Positions 62,959 to 64,000 of a stretch of DNA of 64,000 nucleotides are shown piece by piece. Origin of the DNA: Clostridia bacterium (GTDB lineage: Bacteria; Bacillota; Clostridia; Oscillospirales; CAG-272); contig JAGBSP010000033.1 in the NCBI GenBank assembly GCA_017631855.1, forward strand, positions 13,461-77,460. The letters run 5' to 3'. Below the pieces are notes generated by a model that worked only from the letters and a program-made list of their open reading frames with translations, had not been told where the DNA came from and ran no database searches. A program made the translations under genes and the position numbers. Position 1 is the stretch's first letter. Each line of letters begins with the position of its first letter.

Positions 62959-63837
62959 CTATCGTAATTTCTGATATATATTCTCTGCGATGTGTGCAAT
63001 CCTTGCCCGTTCCTCTGGACTTGCCGTCCTGAGTTTTTTCTTTTTGGGAAGCCCCCACACGTCAAAAAGTCTGGGTCCGATCCATTCATCGGACGAGCAC
63101 TTCTCATACACGCCCAAAAGGATCGAAAGGCAGGCGTGCTTCGGCTTCATAAAGATCACCTTCATCGGATGCTTGATGAGAGCGAAAATCAGTTTTGGAT
63201 AATGCGCGGTAATGTTGGTGAAGCTAATGCCCGGATGCGCAACACAAACATCCACTCCCTCCTCTTGTTCGGCAAGCGACAAAAGACTGTAGGTCAGATA
63301 GCGTTTGGCATTTCCGTATACCTTCGAGGCTTTGGTTCGGGTAGAAAAATCAACGTCATCGGGATCGATTTTTGAATAATTATGCGCAATGCTTCCCACG
63401 GCGACAGCTCTTCCGCCGCGAGCACGAAGATTTGGCAAAAGCTCTCGGATCATATAATAGGGCGACACGAAATTGATCTGAAACACGTTATCATATCCCG
63501 TATCACAAATTTTTCTCGGAATACTGTACGCCCCCGCGTTATGAAGAAAACAGTCAATCTCTCTTTGCTTCAATTCTTCAGTGGCTCGCCTTACCGAAGA
63601 AAAGTCAGAAAGATCCACCGAAATACATTCGATCGATCGTCCATCAAACTCCCCCAAAAGCTCCTCTCGAAAGGCATTTGATCGCTCCGCGTTGCGATCC
63701 AGCAGGATCAGATCTGCACCAAGCAAGGCAAGATCGCGGCACAGCTCGCGCCCAAGACCGCCCGTGCTCCCCGTGATGGCAATACGTTTCCCATGCAAGG
63801 GTTTTGTGTTACGCCGAAGCCATGTTTTTGTTGTCAC
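62959..63837 (-). CDS. short-chain dehydrogenase/reductase (SDR)
   Basis: Rossmann motif ITGSTGGLGRE, NNAG-like HNAGAY, and catalytic Y-x-x-x-K (YGNAKRY). The GTG start overlaps the upstream stop (GTGA). Confidence 0.88.
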   Translation of the reverse strand: MTTKTWLRRNTKPLHGKRIAITGSTGGLGRELCRDLALLGADLILLDRNAERSNAFREELLGEFDGRSIECISVDLSDFSSVRRATEELKQREIDCFLHNAGAYSIPRKICDTGYDNVFQINFVSPYYMIRELLPNLRARGGRAVAVGSIAHNYSKIDPDDVDFSTRTKASKVYGNAKRYLTYSLLSLAEQEEGVDVCVAHPGISFTNITAHYPKLIFALIKHPMKVIFMKPKHACLSILLGVYEKCSSDEWIGPRLFDVWGLPKKKKLRTASPEERARIAHIAENIYQKLR

Positions 63838-64000
63838 TCTTCCCTCTCCCCCTTGTGTGGCAAGACCAGCACACCTTCCTTTTTCTTTTGCGCCCGATAT
63901 TCGCTGGGCGTCATTCCCATTTGCTTCAAAAATGCACGATTAAAGGTACGAAGCGTATTAAAACCGACCGATTCGCTGATCTGCGTCACGCTAAGGTCAC
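63834..64000 (-). CDS. AraC-family regulator, C-terminal fragment (gene runs off the right edge)
   Basis: The hand translation of the minus strand gives VTLSVTQISESVGFNTLRTFNRAFLKQMGMTPSEYRAQKKK..., a canonical second AraC HTH. The stop TGA is at 63834-63836. Confidence 0.75.
   Translation of the reverse strand, partial: DLSVTQISESVGFNTLRTFNRAFLKQMGMTPSEYRAQKKKEGVLVLPHKGEREE

Overview
This 64-kb window looks like it comes from a Gram-positive anaerobe, probably a Clostridia-like organism. The evidence is T-box leaders, a FakA/DegV/PlsX module and several 2-oxoacid:ferredoxin oxidoreductases.

Several 'M' starts in the ORF track are really GTG or TTG codons. Where a Shine-Dalgarno plus ATG lies further in, I moved the start.

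Part A (1 to ~16.7 kb) is an AT-rich accessory region linked to an integrase.
- Thirteen minus-strand genes are packed with gaps of 38 nt or less.
- Low-GC conflict-type genes: a SMEK-like fragment, a 3-TM protein, DUF4238, a small PD-(D/E)xK-like protein, and a trio of SF2 helicase-nuclease, a 601-aa orphan and a NERD-like SF1 ATPase.
- Medium- to higher-GC genes interleaved with them: a short peptide deformylase, a rhodanese lipoprotein, TipAS, and the DUF2075-type protein (intermediate by eye) with its coupled Nudix hydrolase.
- To the right lie an XRE repressor, a tyrosine integrase and an XRE/HipA-like toxin-antitoxin pair.
- An orphan transcription unit follows, with a consensus promoter, four tandem ~20-nt repeats, a tRNA-like T-arm and a terminator.

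Part B (16.7 to 64 kb) is higher-GC backbone.
- Glycoside hydrolases: a domain-permuted GH3 and a GH78 rhamnosidase.
- Regulators: AraC, Crp/Fnr, MarR and TetR.
- A MarR plus two-gene ABC exporter unit.
- A radical-SAM gene and a nucleotidyltransferase next to a TipAS gene remnant.
- A FakA/PlsX/DegV/ACP lipid module.
- A glycine riboswitch in front of an alanine/glycine symporter.

The two most interesting candidates:
1. The helicase-nuclease / orphan / SF1-ATPase trio at 3855-10667 may be an unclassified defence system.
2. Two divergent T-box leaders sit at 41.3-42.0 kb, with inferred specifiers AUC (Ile) and CUC (Leu).
   - One drives a ~9-kb operon encoding two HTH-cupin-acyl-CoA ligase fusions, a P-loop ATPase, a four-subunit 2-oxoacid:ferredoxin oxidoreductase and IlvE.
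   - The other drives a catalytically degenerate LeuA-like gene with an in-frame stop and a TIM-barrel-acyl-CoA ligase fusion.
   - Together with the analogous PaaK-IorAB-PaaK-ACT-aminotransferase operon at 53-60.5 kb, this points to amino-acid synthesis by reductive carboxylation of short-chain acids, switched on by amino-acid starvation.

All functional calls rest on motifs read by eye. No database search was run.
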